Part shown: positions 63,091 through 64,000 of the stretch, in pieces
Numbering within the stretch: the stretch's first letter is position 1
Layout: each line of letters opens with the position of its first letter
Notes under the pieces: model-generated
The model's database searches: none
Told to the model about the DNA's origin: nothing
What the model saw: the letters and a program-made list of their open reading frames with translations, nothing else
Made by a program: the position numbers and the translations under genes
Assembly (NCBI RefSeq): GCF_037042905.1
Contig: NC_087253.1
Span: forward strand, 9,424,001 to 9,488,000
Direction of reading: 5' to 3'
DNA: 64,000 bases
From: Lytechinus pictus
Lineage: Eukaryota

Positions 63091-63944
63091 TGTCGTGTAC
63101 AGGATAAGGTTTTTAGTAATTTCTAATTTGCTTTGATACTGTTTTCTTTTACATTGTAAATCGATTTTTATTTAGATTCGAACTCACCGACTGAGGGCGC
63201 ATTGTTTTTTTGGTACAGTCATGGAAAGCGTGTCGCTTGTCAGTTTAGTTGTTAATTTCTATAATTTCGTGATACGAGCCCAATGACGTAAGTTCTATTT
63301 TGTTCATTTTGAAGTTAAGTAGTTATATTCTCAGATAAGCCGAGTGGCATGCTGAAATACGGTTTAAGTTATTACGAATTAATATGGCAAAGTTATGTAG
63401 GCTCAGTGAATTTGTTCTAATGAAAACACCGTATACGTGTACATGCATGCATTATGTAATAGAAAGCGTACGCAGCGGTATACGTAGTTGTGTATGTAAC
63501 TTGAATTTGGCGCCTTCGGGCATGTGAGGTTTGCATTGTCATAACCTATGTAAACATAAATAAGTAAACAGATACGCATTTAAAGTAGTAGTTGATTTCT
63601 TTTATTATGAAAACTGTTTTACAGAAAAGGTGAATTTAGGGCGCATTAATCAATACATGATATTTACAGTATGCTTATACTTGATATGACCTTGAAACAT
63701 GTCAAGGTCATTCTTGGTTATTGAATAATTTAAGTTGTAATGCGAGTCAACGTTATTTGCCTGTTTGGAAATCTGTGTACATTATTTATATGTGTCATGA
63801 CTTGTTGTCATTTCAGCTTAAACAAGTATTGTTTATTCTGTTATTAAATTGCAGATTGAACCAGTCTCATTGTGCACACATCAACACACTATAGACTCGG
63901 TCTGATTCTTGGGTTTGTTTGGTTTCGACGTATCACACGCCACA
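63091..63944 (+). repeat. 3' LTR (854 bp)
   Basis: Direct repeat of 57601-58454 at constant offset 5490; preceded by PPT, followed by TSD. Confidence 0.95.
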
Positions 63945-64000
63945 GGTGGCACATATCACCAACTTCGTGATCTTTTCATGTGGCCCTGTTAACACAAAGA

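Larger units (their letters stand above)
57601..63944 (+). mobile_element. Complete non-autonomous BEL/Pao LTR retrotransposon (6344 bp)
   Basis: TGT..ACA LTRs, 5-bp TSD GGTGG (57596-57600, 63945-63949), PPT AAGGGGGCCGGGA (63078-63090), BEL-type Gag-protease. Confidence 0.95.

Overview
AT-rich, repeat-dense animal genomic DNA, probably an invertebrate deuterostome such as a sea urchin (inferred from SINE/MITE style, not verified). It has three N gaps, no prokaryotic features and no CRISPR. Host genes: the last three coding exons of a type I membrane protein (4.2-6.3 kb, +); coding exon 1 of a CD9/CD81-like tetraspanin (9611-9679, +; no exon 2 found); and two intact, ~95% identical single-exon carbohydrate 6-O-sulfotransferase genes (minus strand) in a tandem segmental duplication whose copies carry different TE insertions. 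Mobile DNA: (1) a 4.9-kb single-ORF CR1/L2-group LINE with a signal-peptide-like leader, a 2A-like motif, and a 3' UTR that folds into several long G-U-rich rod-like RNA hairpins (the most unusual signal); (2) a complete BEL/Pao LTR element with apparently identical 854-bp LTRs and a perfect TSD that encodes only Gag-protease, with RT/RNase H/integrase core deleted in frame; (3) a 1.26-kb foldback element built from ~55 palindromic 17-mers, with TATGG ends and a 6-bp TSD; (4) Penelope-like fragments with a minimal hammerhead; (5) many MITEs and SINEs. All comparisons and folds were done by eye; family assignments rest on recalled motifs, not searches.
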